A DNA stretch of 64,000 nucleotides, taken from positions 19,827 to 83,826 of the IMG/VR virus record IMGVR_UViG_3300009873_000004; one strand, given 5' to 3'. The stretch comes from a virus (Duplodnaviria; Caudoviricetes). The number at the start of each line of letters is the position of its first letter. The first letter of the stretch is position 1. Made by a program: the position numbers and the translations under genes. Shown in pieces: positions 52,489 through 61,208 of this stretch. Under the pieces are notes generated by a model. That model was not told the origin of the DNA. It saw only the letters and a program-made list of their open reading frames with translations, and did no database searches.

Positions 52489-52886
52489 ACGAGCCGCTGT
52501 TTGAAGTCGAGTGGGAAGTCGCCGACGATCCGACCGCCAATGGGCATGACGTCTTCACCTTCGAAGAAGTCGTGCGCCAGTATCCGGACTTCGCCCGCCT
52601 GTTCCTGGACCCGCACTTCGTCCACCTGCACTTCACCGTCGACCTGACCGAGACCCACATCCGCCGCCTGGAGACCCTGCCCTCCTGTCCGCGTTGCGGT
52701 TTCTATCGCCAACCGGAGGAATGGGTCAACGACTCGAACATCTGCGACGAGTGCCGGGCTGCCCAGGAGACCGAGATGGCCCTGATCGACGAGGACCTGC
52801 GCCAGGAAGCGCTCTGGGACGAGGGCACCGACCCCCTGCTGGATCCCATCCGCTTCGAGGAGCCCGACGACGAAATCCCCTACTGA
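52485..52886 (+). CDS. Acidic zinc-ribbon protein
   Basis: AAGGA SD; CPRC...CDEC. Confidence 0.6.
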   Translation: MNEPLFEVEWEVADDPTANGHDVFTFEEVVRQYPDFARLFLDPHFVHLHFTVDLTETHIRRLETLPSCPRCGFYRQPEEWVNDSNICDECRAAQETEMALIDEDLRQEALWDEGTDPLLDPIRFEEPDDEIPY

Positions 52887-52896
52887 AAATTGCCGC

Positions 52897-52926
52897 TTGA
52901 CTCGAAGTGCCAAGATGCCTTACAGT
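52897..52926 (+). promoter_or_regulatory. Sigma70-type promoter TTGACT-18-TACAGT
   Basis: Intergenic, upstream of a long structured leader. Confidence 0.5.
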
Positions 52927-52985
52927 CTGTGCTGCCCGCAGGTCTCGCCAGCCTGCCTAACAGGGCAAAATCGGTTCCGGGTAAG

Positions 52986-53070
52986 AACCCTTTCGTCGCT
53001 GGTTTGGTGCCCGCCTTGGCCGGTGGGTTTCCGGAACCAACCAGACCAGCAACGAAAGGGTTTTTGTTTT
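52986..53070 (+). terminator. Long-stem terminator/attenuator in the leader of the initiator-like gene
   Basis: AACCCTTTCGT-C-GCTGGT-TTGGT pairs with ACCAG-ACCAGC-A-ACGAAAGGGTT, then TTTGTTTT. Confidence 0.65.
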
Positions 53071-53182
53071 CCCCCTTTCACCAACCCTAAGCAGGCTCAA
53101 GCACTTGGCGTCAGACAATCCCATATCCAGAGCGCCGATCGGTATCTTGCCGTCCGGCTGCCTGGCGCTGAGAGAGGCTGCT

Positions 53183-53644
53183 GTGCCCAGGAAAAAGACC
53201 GTCTACACCCCCAGGCCCGAGTCGTTTGTCACCATGCAGGAGATCGACGACGCCAGGGCCATGATGGGCCTGCACGTCCTGGCCCAACAACCCCCCGAAA
53301 CGATCGTCGTCGAAGACGAGCAGGGGGAACTGCGCTCCTTCAAGACCGTTGGCTGGCTCAAGCTCAGTCGCCATTTTCTGCCCTATCTGGAACGCCTTCA
53401 GGGCTGTCCGCTTTCAGTCTTCCTGGCCCTGGCGATCTTCGCCAACCAGAACAACCGCTGCTTCCCCTCTGTCGACACCCTGGCCCAGGTAACGGGCTAC
53501 AAGAAACGCACCGTCCTGTACGCTCTCAAGAGCCTGGAGGAACAACGCCTGATTATGGTCCTGCGCAGCGGCAGGAACAACACCTACATCATCCGTTTTT
53601 TCACTGCAAATGGAAAGGAGAACCCCGAAGTCCCAATTAAATGA
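53183..53644 (+). CDS. Replication initiator-like winged-helix protein (HTH_36), no C-terminal domain
   Basis: LSVFLAL..FAN.NN.CFPSVDTLAQVTG.K.RTV...LKSLEE..LI...R...NTY. Confidence 0.75.
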   Translation: MPRKKTVYTPRPESFVTMQEIDDARAMMGLHVLAQQPPETIVVEDEQGELRSFKTVGWLKLSRHFLPYLERLQGCPLSVFLALAIFANQNNRCFPSVDTLAQVTGYKKRTVLYALKSLEEQRLIMVLRSGRNNTYIIRFFTANGKENPEVPIK

Positions 53645-53654
53645 TTACGTCAAC

Positions 53655-53707
53655 AGGTGCAGTGTATTGCACCTATTATTGGTTCAATAGGTGCAGTGTA
53701 TTGCACC
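53655..53707. repeat. Two 19-bp direct repeats, each palindromic (AGGTGCAGTGTATTGCACC), 34-bp period
   Basis: 53655-53673 and 53689-53707 with an AT-rich spacer, just past the HTH_36 stop codon. Confidence 0.9.
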
Positions 53708-53921
53708 CTAACAAGAAGAGGTTTTAACAAGAACGCGCTTCGCGCCCCGGCTACGCCGGGAAGGTCTTTCCATAACGATAGTCGGCCTGGCATCCTGTCC
53801 TTCTGAGCCTGTCCGCACCTGCCAACTCTCGAAAGGCTTCAGCAGGGCAGGGGCCTGACAATAACCGTAACCGGCGACTCTTATTATGGGATTCCATACA
53901 GCGGGAACCGAAAGGACAAGC

Positions 53922-54161
53922 ATGCAGCACACGCAGAAAGTGACCATCACCTGTGAACTGACCGCCCTGGAAGCCGCCTCGGCCTGGCTGGCGCTCACGT
54001 TCGGGGTCCGGCATAAGGACAACCCGGTAGAGATGAACCGGGCGATCGTCAAGCTGGCGGACGTCATCCATACCGCGCTACGGAAGGCCAATCTCAGCCT
54101 GATCGAACTGGCCGACATCGTGGAGCGGGGTGGCTCAGAAGAAGAGCAGGTTGGGGAGTGA
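53922..54161 (+). CDS. Hypothetical protein
   Basis: AAGGA SD. Confidence 0.55.
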   Translation: MQHTQKVTITCELTALEAASAWLALTFGVRHKDNPVEMNRAIVKLADVIHTALRKANLSLIELADIVERGGSEEEQVGE

Positions 54162-54197
54162 TCTTTTAGAGCGAACCCGACCGCAATCCGCAGCACC

Positions 54198-54211
54198 TTC
54201 CAAATTTGGAG
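54198..54211. promoter_or_regulatory. Palindromic site TTCCAAATTTGGAG overlapping an SD
   Basis: Right arm is the GGAG of the 54217 gene. Confidence 0.6.
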
Positions 54212-54216
54212 ACCGA

Positions 54217-54603
54217 ATGAAGATCAAGGCATTTGAGCGCAAGCGGCAGGAGATGGCCGAGAGCAGCGCCTGCTACTGGCGTGATGGCAACACGATCATG
54301 GAAGTGCAGGTCGCGCTGAAAGATCCAGCCCAGGCCAAACCTTTTGTGGTCCGTCTCTCCCGCAAGGGGTGGATCCCGGTCAACGTGATCGTCATGGGCG
54401 CGGATGAAGACGAGGCGGTCGACCGACTGCTGGCCGCTCTGCGCTACTGCGTGGAGCACGAGTACGATCGCGACCGAGCGGGACTGGATCCCCAAAACCG
54501 ACGCATCCTGAACGAGTTCAACCAGGGCAAGCTCGAAGTCGAGGCGGTGCATTTCAACCCGTTCTCGATTGTCAAGTGCGATTGGTGTTCGCATGGCTTC
54601 TAA
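54217..54603 (+). CDS. Hypothetical protein
   Basis: GGAG SD. Confidence 0.6.
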   Translation: MKIKAFERKRQEMAESSACYWRDGNTIMEVQVALKDPAQAKPFVVRLSRKGWIPVNVIVMGADEDEAVDRLLAALRYCVEHEYDRDRAGLDPQNRRILNEFNQGKLEVEAVHFNPFSIVKCDWCSHGF

Positions 54604-55060
54604 GAAGGTCATTCACCTGGAGATCACCACCTGGGCCGGAATGTCCATCGGAGCCATCCACTACTACGGCAAACTGGTCGGGGAAGATGAGCAGGGCGAG
54701 TACAAGAAGGTCGAGGTCGAGAAGGGGATGACCGCCCGAGAAGCGCGGGCCATGAACAAGCTGGATGGCACACGCGGCCTGTACAAGGCAGGCAGCACCA
54801 CCTCGCGCTTTGACCGGCGCGAGCAGGTTATCGAGCGGGCGCTGGAGATCTGGAAAGACCATTTCCCCGAAGGCGAGATCCTGCTGATCGGTTCGTCCAG
54901 CACAGTCGACCCACAGGAGGTGCTGGTCGGGCCGGAAGAACTGAAGACGGTCGTGAATGCCTGGGTCAAGCAGTACGAAGACGAGTACGAGGGCTACCCG
55001 GACGAGATCTACCAGCGGTGGCGCAAGTTGATGCGCCCCTGGATGAGGTTGACTGCATGA
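54593..55060 (+). CDS. Hypothetical protein
   Basis: High GC3; co-oriented. Confidence 0.6.
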   Translation: MASKKVIHLEITTWAGMSIGAIHYYGKLVGEDEQGEYKKVEVEKGMTAREARAMNKLDGTRGLYKAGSTTSRFDRREQVIERALEIWKDHFPEGEILLIGSSSTVDPQEVLVGPEELKTVVNAWVKQYEDEYEGYPDEIYQRWRKLMRPWMRLTA

Positions 55061-55425
55061 CTCCCACCATCATTGCCGGTTCACGCTGGATTACTGACTA
55101 TCAGGCTCTGTGCCGGTCGATCGAGATCTCGGGCTTTCGCATCACCGAGGTCGTTTCCGGCACCGCCAAGGGAGTCGACACACTCGGCGAGCGTTGGGCC
55201 AGGGAGCGCGGCATTCCGATCAAGCAGTTCGTCCCTGACTGGCAGAACCATTTCCTGGCAGCCGGTCCCATCCGCAACGGCGAGATGATCGAGTACATTC
55301 GGCCCCAGGGACAGGTGGTCCTGCTCTGGGACGGCACTTCCACCGGCTCGGCTGATCTTTTGAGGAAAGCCCGGCTGGCCCTACCCGAAAGCCACATCTA
55401 CCAGGAGCTTTACCATGGCAAGTGA
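55057..55425 (+). CDS. YspA/cpYpsA-related SLOG-family protein
   Basis: IIAGSR, EVVSGTAKGVDTLGERWA, PDW....AAGPIRNGEM. Confidence 0.85.
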   Translation: MTPTIIAGSRWITDYQALCRSIEISGFRITEVVSGTAKGVDTLGERWARERGIPIKQFVPDWQNHFLAAGPIRNGEMIEYIRPQGQVVLLWDGTSTGSADLLRKARLALPESHIYQELYHGK

Positions 55426-55744
55426 CACCGAGATCTGGAATGGCAAGATCCCCCAGGCGCTGCGGGAGATCCCAGCCCTGGCGATTGCCCAGGCGCAATC
55501 GCTGGTCTACGCCGAACTCAAGCGGGCCTACAGCAAGCACCGCGACATCGGCAGCCTGCATGAAGGCTACGTCGTCACCCTGGAAGAGTTTGAAGAGTTC
55601 TGGGAGCAGGTCAAGATGAAGCGTTCCGAGCGCGACCTGCTCAAGATCCGGGCCGAACTGGTCCAGGTGGCGGCCATGGCAATCCGCACGATCGTCGACG
55701 TGGTCGAGCCCCTACTGGCCGAAGACCCGGCAGGAGGCTTTTAG
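55415..55744 (+). CDS. MazG-like nucleotide pyrophosphatase
   Basis: HEGYVV.LEEFEE.W..VK...ELVQVAAMAIR. Confidence 0.7.
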   Translation: MASDTEIWNGKIPQALREIPALAIAQAQSLVYAELKRAYSKHRDIGSLHEGYVVTLEEFEEFWEQVKMKRSERDLLKIRAELVQVAAMAIRTIVDVVEPLLAEDPAGGF

Positions 55745-56283
55745 TGAGCGACCTGCCTGCCGTCAACCTCTACACCGATGGGGCCGGGGTGTCGATCAAC
55801 CTGGGCAAGATGGGCGGCTATGGGGGCTGGTCTTACCTGCTGCATTACCTGGTCGGCGACCAGATCCTCAACCAGAAGGCCGAGTCGGGCGCAGCCTATC
55901 CGACCACCAACAACCGCATGGAACTGACGGCGGTGGTGATGGGGTTGCGCTCCCTGCGCCGACCGTCCAGGGTGGTGATCTTCTCCGACTCCGAGTACGT
56001 CGTGCTGGGCATCAACGAGCGACTGGACATCTGGAAGAACAGCAGCCGCCCCTGGAAGAACTACCGGGGAGCGCCGATCGCCAACCGCGACCTGTGGGAA
56101 GAGATCGACCGCTACCGCCGCCTGCACGTCATCACCGCCACCTGGATCCGGGGCCACGTCAAGGCCGTCGACCGGACATTTGCCCACGAGATGCAGGACC
56201 TGTGCGACAAGGCGGCCGTCAAGGCCAAGGAGGATCTTTATCGGCTCAACCACTTGACTTCACAACCAAGTAGTGTAGAATAA
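55744..56283 (+). CDS. rnhA: Ribonuclease HI
   Basis: YTDG, TTNNRMEL, SDSEYV, IANRDLW, WIRGH. Confidence 0.92.
   Translation: MSDLPAVNLYTDGAGVSINLGKMGGYGGWSYLLHYLVGDQILNQKAESGAAYPTTNNRMELTAVVMGLRSLRRPSRVVIFSDSEYVVLGINERLDIWKNSSRPWKNYRGAPIANRDLWEEIDRYRRLHVITATWIRGHVKAVDRTFAHEMQDLCDKAAVKAKEDLYRLNHLTSQPSSVE
56254..56281 (+). promoter_or_regulatory. Sigma70-type promoter TTGACT-16-TAGAAT
   Basis: At the end of rnhA, upstream of the replication genes. Confidence 0.55.
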
Positions 56284-56317
56284 GAGTCCATCTTCGAGCA
56301 CCCGGAGACCCATCTGT

Positions 56318-56659
56318 ATGACACCCCGCTTACAACTCAACGAGACAGGCGACTCCGTCGCCATTGGCGACACCGTCTGGGTTGCCCAGTATGGTGGTGA
56401 CGGACTGGTCGAACCCAACGTTTTTCCAGCCCACCTGGTCGACTTCGACGACGAGATGGCTCGTGTCCACTTCCTGGTGGCCGGGATCAGCCAGCCTTTT
56501 GTCAGCCTGTCGATCGGCCAGGTCTACGCCAGCGAGAAGGCCGCCTGGCTGCACATCCTCACCAGGCTTTCCGAGCAATCCCGACACCACTATCATCTGC
56601 ACCTCAAGTACGAAGCCGCCACGCATCTCATCCGCCAGCAGCACCTGGAGTCCGAATGA
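56318..56659 (+). CDS. Hypothetical protein
   Basis: GGAG SD. Confidence 0.55.
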   Translation: MTPRLQLNETGDSVAIGDTVWVAQYGGDGLVEPNVFPAHLVDFDDEMARVHFLVAGISQPFVSLSIGQVYASEKAAWLHILTRLSEQSRHHYHLHLKYEAATHLIRQQHLESE

Positions 56660-56892
56660 TCTACTTCCCGATCCACGGCAATCATCTGGCGAAGATGGGC
56701 GACCTGGCCTGGTTCATCACCGGGGGCGAGATCATCCAGGTCAAGATCCAGACCTTCAATGCAGGCTGGATCCTGGCGAATGACAGCCGGGGCTACAGCT
56801 ACACCGTGTCCGACCAGTACCGGCTGTATCCATCCTTGGAAGATGCCCTGGCGGTTCTGAAAGCCGAGCAGGAACTGGTCGACCTGCAATAA
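56656..56892 (+). CDS. Hypothetical protein
   Basis: ATGA-coupled. Confidence 0.55.
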   Translation: MIYFPIHGNHLAKMGDLAWFITGGEIIQVKIQTFNAGWILANDSRGYSYTVSDQYRLYPSLEDALAVLKAEQELVDLQ

Positions 56893-56911
56893 CACACACA
56901 CGAAGGACACC

Positions 56912-57613
56912 ATGCCCACCATTCACACGGTTTTTGACTCTGAACGCGGCTGCGGCTGGCGCAAGGGCGGCGGCCTGTACCTGGTCGGCGGCGAGTTCTG
57001 GGACGCTTGCGGCAAGTTGCCGCTGCGCCTGGAGGTCTGCCCCTGCTGTGGCTCGGGGGTTCGCCTGACACGCGGGCTGAGCCGCATCAACCCCAGCAGG
57101 CTGTTCGCTGACGCCGAATGCAGCACGCCCAAGAAGTGCCGCCGCTGCAACCTGGCGACCGAGGCCCTGCCGGACCTGGCGTATCTCATGGGGGTGGGGG
57201 CCAAGTTCTATCCGAGCCGAGCCGACTTCATGCGCGAAGCCATCGAGCAGGGGATCTCGAAAAGGATCGCCCAGATCCCCCGCGACTTCAAGATCGGCGA
57301 GACGCAGGTCTTCCTGGCCCACCCCAAGGTCTTCATGGACCTGGTGGATGAAGAGGCGGAAGACACGCCCCTGGAAGTGGACGAGGACGACGAGCAGCAG
57401 CCGCTGGTCCTGGACGGGGAGAGCAAAACGACAGGCCGACAGAAGGCCGTCTACCGGCCGGGGGTCTTTTGCGTCTTTACGCCCCAAAGAATCGAGTACG
57501 TGGTCAAGGGCGACGAGACGGACGACTTCCTGAAGCGGCTGGAGGGCAGGGGGGTGACGCTGGTGAAGGTCATCCGGCGCGAGACCAAGCAACTGCCGCT
57601 GTCGGAGGCGTAG
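56912..57613 (+). CDS. Cys-rich hypothetical protein (RGCGWRKGGGLY motif)
   Basis: AAGGA SD. Confidence 0.7.
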   Translation: MPTIHTVFDSERGCGWRKGGGLYLVGGEFWDACGKLPLRLEVCPCCGSGVRLTRGLSRINPSRLFADAECSTPKKCRRCNLATEALPDLAYLMGVGAKFYPSRADFMREAIEQGISKRIAQIPRDFKIGETQVFLAHPKVFMDLVDEEAEDTPLEVDEDDEQQPLVLDGESKTTGRQKAVYRPGVFCVFTPQRIEYVVKGDETDDFLKRLEGRGVTLVKVIRRETKQLPLSEA

Positions 57614-58432
57614 GTGGACGCTATCACCATCACGCGCTACCTGCTCGAAGGCTTCACTATCACCGATGCCGCTTACTGGCAGCGGTGCGAGACTTGCTGC
57701 GAGTGGCAGCGCGTGCTGGTGCCCAACCTGACTCCGGAAGAGTGGCGACAATTGCAAGAGTCGGGGCGCAGGACCGTCGTCCTGGAAGCCCTACCGCTGG
57801 ACACAGTCCTGCGCTTCCAGGACGACCAGGAGGGAGCCTATTCCCCCGAGGGCTGGTGGACTCCTGCCCCGGTTCCCTATCTGCTGATCCAGGATCTGTG
57901 GCAAGAAAGGCGCATTGAAATGGCCCGTCGCGAAAGCCTGACCCAAAACCTGACGGCCTGGTTCGTCAAGGAGATCCTGGGGCGCGAGATCGCCCCTTCG
58001 GACTGGAAGATCATCGGAGCGCACGCCAAGTCGCTGCTGGCCGACTACGAGTTGGCCGACATCTGCGGCTGCCTGGAGGCGGCCCGCGACGGCCTGCCCG
58101 ATCTGGAACTGCCCGACGACTTTCAAGTCAGCTATATGACCGTCATCCGGCGCTTCGAGCCGCCGCTGATTGAACGGTGGCGTCAGTATAAGCTCGACGA
58201 GCCGCCAAGCTGGATGGCGGGCACGCATCGTGAGTGGGTAGAAAGGACCACCCGGACGTATGAAGAACTTGATCCAATGCTGCGGGCGGAAGAACTGCGG
58301 AGCGCTGCTGAGCCCGCCAAAGCTCGACGACGTCGATCTCCAAAGCCTGTGGCTCCCCGCTTATTACCTGAGCTACATGAAGGGGAGCACCTACCTGGAG
58401 CACACCAAGAAGGATCCGATCTTCGCCAATAA
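57614..58432 (+). CDS. Hypothetical protein, possible replisome organiser
   Basis: GGAGG SD before GTG; directly upstream of the helicase; function from position only. Confidence 0.55.
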   Translation: MDAITITRYLLEGFTITDAAYWQRCETCCEWQRVLVPNLTPEEWRQLQESGRRTVVLEALPLDTVLRFQDDQEGAYSPEGWWTPAPVPYLLIQDLWQERRIEMARRESLTQNLTAWFVKEILGREIAPSDWKIIGAHAKSLLADYELADICGCLEAARDGLPDLELPDDFQVSYMTVIRRFEPPLIERWRQYKLDEPPSWMAGTHREWVERTTRTYEELDPMLRAEELRSAAEPAKARRRRSPKPVAPRLLPELHEGEHLPGAHQEGSDLRQ

Positions 58433-58556
58433 GCGCGAGGCGGCCCTGGAGTATCTCAAGCACATGCACAAGCGTATTCGCCAACAATCCGCGCCCCTCA
58501 AGGAGACCAGGCAGACGGCGCAAGGAAACGACCATGAGCCACCTGCCACCGACTGA
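58260..58556 (+). CDS. Hypothetical protein overlapping the previous gene
   Basis: AAGGA SD; high GC3 throughout its own frame. Confidence 0.55.
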   Translation: MKNLIQCCGRKNCGALLSPPKLDDVDLQSLWLPAYYLSYMKGSTYLEHTKKDPIFANKREAALEYLKHMHKRIRQQSAPLKETRQTAQGNDHEPPATD

Positions 58557-59826
58557 CGAAGCCTTGATCGGATTGATGCTGCACGGCCAGACGGCCGAAC
58601 TGGACCGGATGCTCAAGCCCGAGTGGATGTTGTCCGAGCCCGGACGGGCGGCGGCGGTTGCCGCCATCGAGTTGGCGCGAGAAGGCAAGGCCGTCAACCC
58701 GATCTCGGTATTGGCGCGAGCCAAGCTCGGCTCGCAGTACGCGCCGGACCTGATGCGCCTGTACAAGAACGGCTTCGGCCAGGCGGATCCCAAGGATGCG
58801 GTCGAGCATGCCTTCCAGGAATACGTCCTGCGCGAGCTAGGGGCAGCCCAGGAAGAAATGCGTCTGCTGGCTCAGTCCAAGCCCAGGGACGTGCGCAGGT
58901 GGCTGCCTGAGATCCTGTCCCGCTTTGGCGAGGTCATGCGCTCGGGCGACACCTACGATCCCCGGCCCTCCACGCACTCCAAGAAGGACCTGCCGAGCAT
59001 CTTCGCCCAGAGCCTGATCACCGGGCAGGGGCCAGCCAACAGCATGAACGCCATCCTGGGCGGCGGCTACCGGCGCGGGTATCTCAAGCTGTATGCCGGT
59101 GTCACCAAGCACGGCAAGAGCGTGACCCTGACGTCGCACGCCGTCGATCTGCTGATGCAGAAGTTCCGGGTAGTCGTCATCCGCACAGAGAACACCGAGC
59201 AGGCTGCCACGCACGAGATCGCCTGCGCCCTGACCGGGGTGTCCTACCTGACCGAGATCATGGTCGAGCCGCGCACGTTCAAGGCCAACGAGTGGGAGAC
59301 GGCCAGTGAGCGCGAGGCGCGTTACAACCAGTGCATCCAGTGGCTGGATGAATACTTGCGGGTCTATGACTACAGCTACTGCAACGACGAGCAACTCAAG
59401 CGGCTCGCCAAGTGGAACCCGCCCGATGCCGTCATCATCGACTACCTCAAGCCGCAGCCTGGCCTGTTCGCCCGCAAGAGCACCATGTCCCAGGACGTGG
59501 TGGGCGACTTCGCCGACTGGCTGCTGGTCTACGCCCACGACAACGGGATCTGGCTGGGCACGGCCGGGCAGATCTCGGACGCCATGAGCAAGAAGCTGGT
59601 CAAGCACGACTCGGGCGAGCCGGTCATCATCTACGGTTCGGCCCGCCCAGGCTTTGCGGCCGACCAGTTGACGTTTCTCAAGCGCGACCACGCCCCCAAC
59701 ACCGCCTACTTCCGGGTGCAGTTGCGCCGCTATGGAGGCGAGACTCTCGACACCATCCACCGCATTCCGCTCTCGCCAGTTCGTCGCATTCTGATGATTC
59801 CGCAACTAGAACAAGGAGCAGCATGA
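58534..59826 (+). CDS. DnaB-like (SF4) replicative helicase
   Basis: N-terminal E..LIG.ML helical domain; Walker A AGVTKHGKS; Walker B VIIDYL; DQL..L.R motif. Confidence 0.75.
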   Translation: MSHLPPTDEALIGLMLHGQTAELDRMLKPEWMLSEPGRAAAVAAIELAREGKAVNPISVLARAKLGSQYAPDLMRLYKNGFGQADPKDAVEHAFQEYVLRELGAAQEEMRLLAQSKPRDVRRWLPEILSRFGEVMRSGDTYDPRPSTHSKKDLPSIFAQSLITGQGPANSMNAILGGGYRRGYLKLYAGVTKHGKSVTLTSHAVDLLMQKFRVVVIRTENTEQAATHEIACALTGVSYLTEIMVEPRTFKANEWETASEREARYNQCIQWLDEYLRVYDYSYCNDEQLKRLAKWNPPDAVIIDYLKPQPGLFARKSTMSQDVVGDFADWLLVYAHDNGIWLGTAGQISDAMSKKLVKHDSGEPVIIYGSARPGFAADQLTFLKRDHAPNTAYFRVQLRRYGGETLDTIHRIPLSPVRRILMIPQLEQGAA

Positions 59827-61208
59827 GCGACAAAGCCCTGACCGTAGCCCAACCGGCCATCCCGGTGGCGCAGGCCGTCGAGCAGTACAACCAACTGGTC
59901 GACTTCGTGCGCAACATCATGCAGGAGAACCTCGACTTCGGTGTGATCCCCGGCACCGGCAACAAGCCGACTCTGTATAAACCCGGCGCGGAGAAGCTGG
60001 CCCGCTTCTTCGGACTGGTGCCGATCTTCAAAGAACTGCAAGTCGTCGAGGACTGGACCGGCGAGTTCCACAAGGGCGAGCCGTTCTTTTACAACAAAAC
60101 CCTGTGCCAACTGATGCAGGGCGACCGGGTGGTGGCCGAGTGCATCGCCTCCGCTAACTCCTGGGAAAGCCGCTATCGCTATCGCAAGGCCAGCCGCCAG
60201 TGCCCGCAATGCGGCAAGGAAGCCATCATCAAGGGCAAGGTCGAGTACGGCGGCGGCTGGATCTGTTTCGCCAAGAAGGGCGGCTGCGGCTACAAGTTCC
60301 CTGACGACGACCCGCGTATCACTTCCCAGGTGGAGGGCGAGGTCAAGAACGAGCGCATCTTCGACCTGGTCAACACCCTTCAGAAGATGTCCCAGAAACG
60401 CGCCCTGGTCGGGGCCACCCTGATCGGCACCTCCGCTTCCGAGTTCTTCACCCAGGACCTGGAGGACATCGTCTATGACGGTACCTACCGGGTGGTCGAG
60501 GAGGATCCCAAGAAGGAGTCTAAGCCCAAGGAGAAGCGCCCGACCGACGACTGGGATGAGGATCCGCCTCCGCCTGGGGACCTGCATCCAGCCGAACAGG
60601 CAGTGCAAGCCAAGCTGCCCGCCGTGAGCCCGACCTACCAGGTCGGGGCGCTAACGCTCAAGAAGATCGGCGAGGTGGAGTGGGTCCTGGCCCCAGACGG
60701 CCAGTGGAAGGAGGCCGACGCCAAGGTCTCGGTCACGTCCTCGACCATGGAGCGCTTTGAGCGGCTGTACAAGAACAAGTTCGATCTCCAGGGCTCACTC
60801 AAGAAACACTTCGGCAAGGCCCTGCCGACCTCGCTCACCTGGCGCGAATGGCTGGCGGCGCTCTATATGCGCAAGGATGGAGTCCCTACGCCGCCCTACT
60901 ACGAGGTGCCGAACGCCGAGCCAGTTCTGCCTACCTTCAGCGACACCGTCGCCGAAGAGTTGGTAACGCTTTACGCTCCAAATTTGGAAGACCAGGCCCA
61001 GAAGGAACTGGTCCGCCTGATTTCCAAGCTGCCCGACCCGTATTGCCTCAAGCCGCTGGTCGAGGCGGGTCTGACGATCGCCAATTGCTACGATCAGTAC
61101 GAAGCCCTGACGACCGTATTATCCAATCCCGAGCAAGCCCCCAAGACCAAGGACGAACTGAATGACTACCTCACCTTCATCATCAACGAAGCAACTGCAA
61201 CCCCATAA
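59823..61208 (+). CDS. Putative single-strand annealing/recombination protein with zinc-finger insert
   Basis: DFGVIPGT.KPTLYKPGAEKL and NTLQKMSQKRA...FTQDLED motifs; CPQC...C...GC; AAGGAG SD before ATG 59823. Confidence 0.55.
   Translation: MSDKALTVAQPAIPVAQAVEQYNQLVDFVRNIMQENLDFGVIPGTGNKPTLYKPGAEKLARFFGLVPIFKELQVVEDWTGEFHKGEPFFYNKTLCQLMQGDRVVAECIASANSWESRYRYRKASRQCPQCGKEAIIKGKVEYGGGWICFAKKGGCGYKFPDDDPRITSQVEGEVKNERIFDLVNTLQKMSQKRALVGATLIGTSASEFFTQDLEDIVYDGTYRVVEEDPKKESKPKEKRPTDDWDEDPPPPGDLHPAEQAVQAKLPAVSPTYQVGALTLKKIGEVEWVLAPDGQWKEADAKVSVTSSTMERFERLYKNKFDLQGSLKKHFGKALPTSLTWREWLAALYMRKDGVPTPPYYEVPNAEPVLPTFSDTVAEELVTLYAPNLEDQAQKELVRLISKLPDPYCLKPLVEAGLTIANCYDQYEALTTVLSNPEQAPKTKDELNDYLTFIINEATATP
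60976..60989. promoter_or_regulatory. Palindromic site CTCCAAATTTGGAA inside a CDS
   Basis: Copy of the 14-bp motif. Confidence 0.45.

Noticed and set aside
53590-53720. Programmed frameshift extending the HTH_36 protein at TTT TTC
   Set aside because: Both alternative frames stop within about 30 codons (TAA at 53640; TAG at about 53690)
58260-58432. Frameshift splitting one gene into 57614 and 58260
   Set aside because: The second ORF has its own SD and ATG and high GC3 from its start; simple overlap is the simpler reading
34853-59805. Long minus-strand ORFs over the right arm (e.g. 34853..35734, 56756..57757, 58837..59805)
   Set aside because: Antisense shadows of SD-led, coupled plus-strand genes
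59412-59822. 137-aa N-terminal extension of the 598-aa ORF in the track
   Set aside because: Overlaps the helicase out of frame; the SD and ATGA coupling point to ATG 59823
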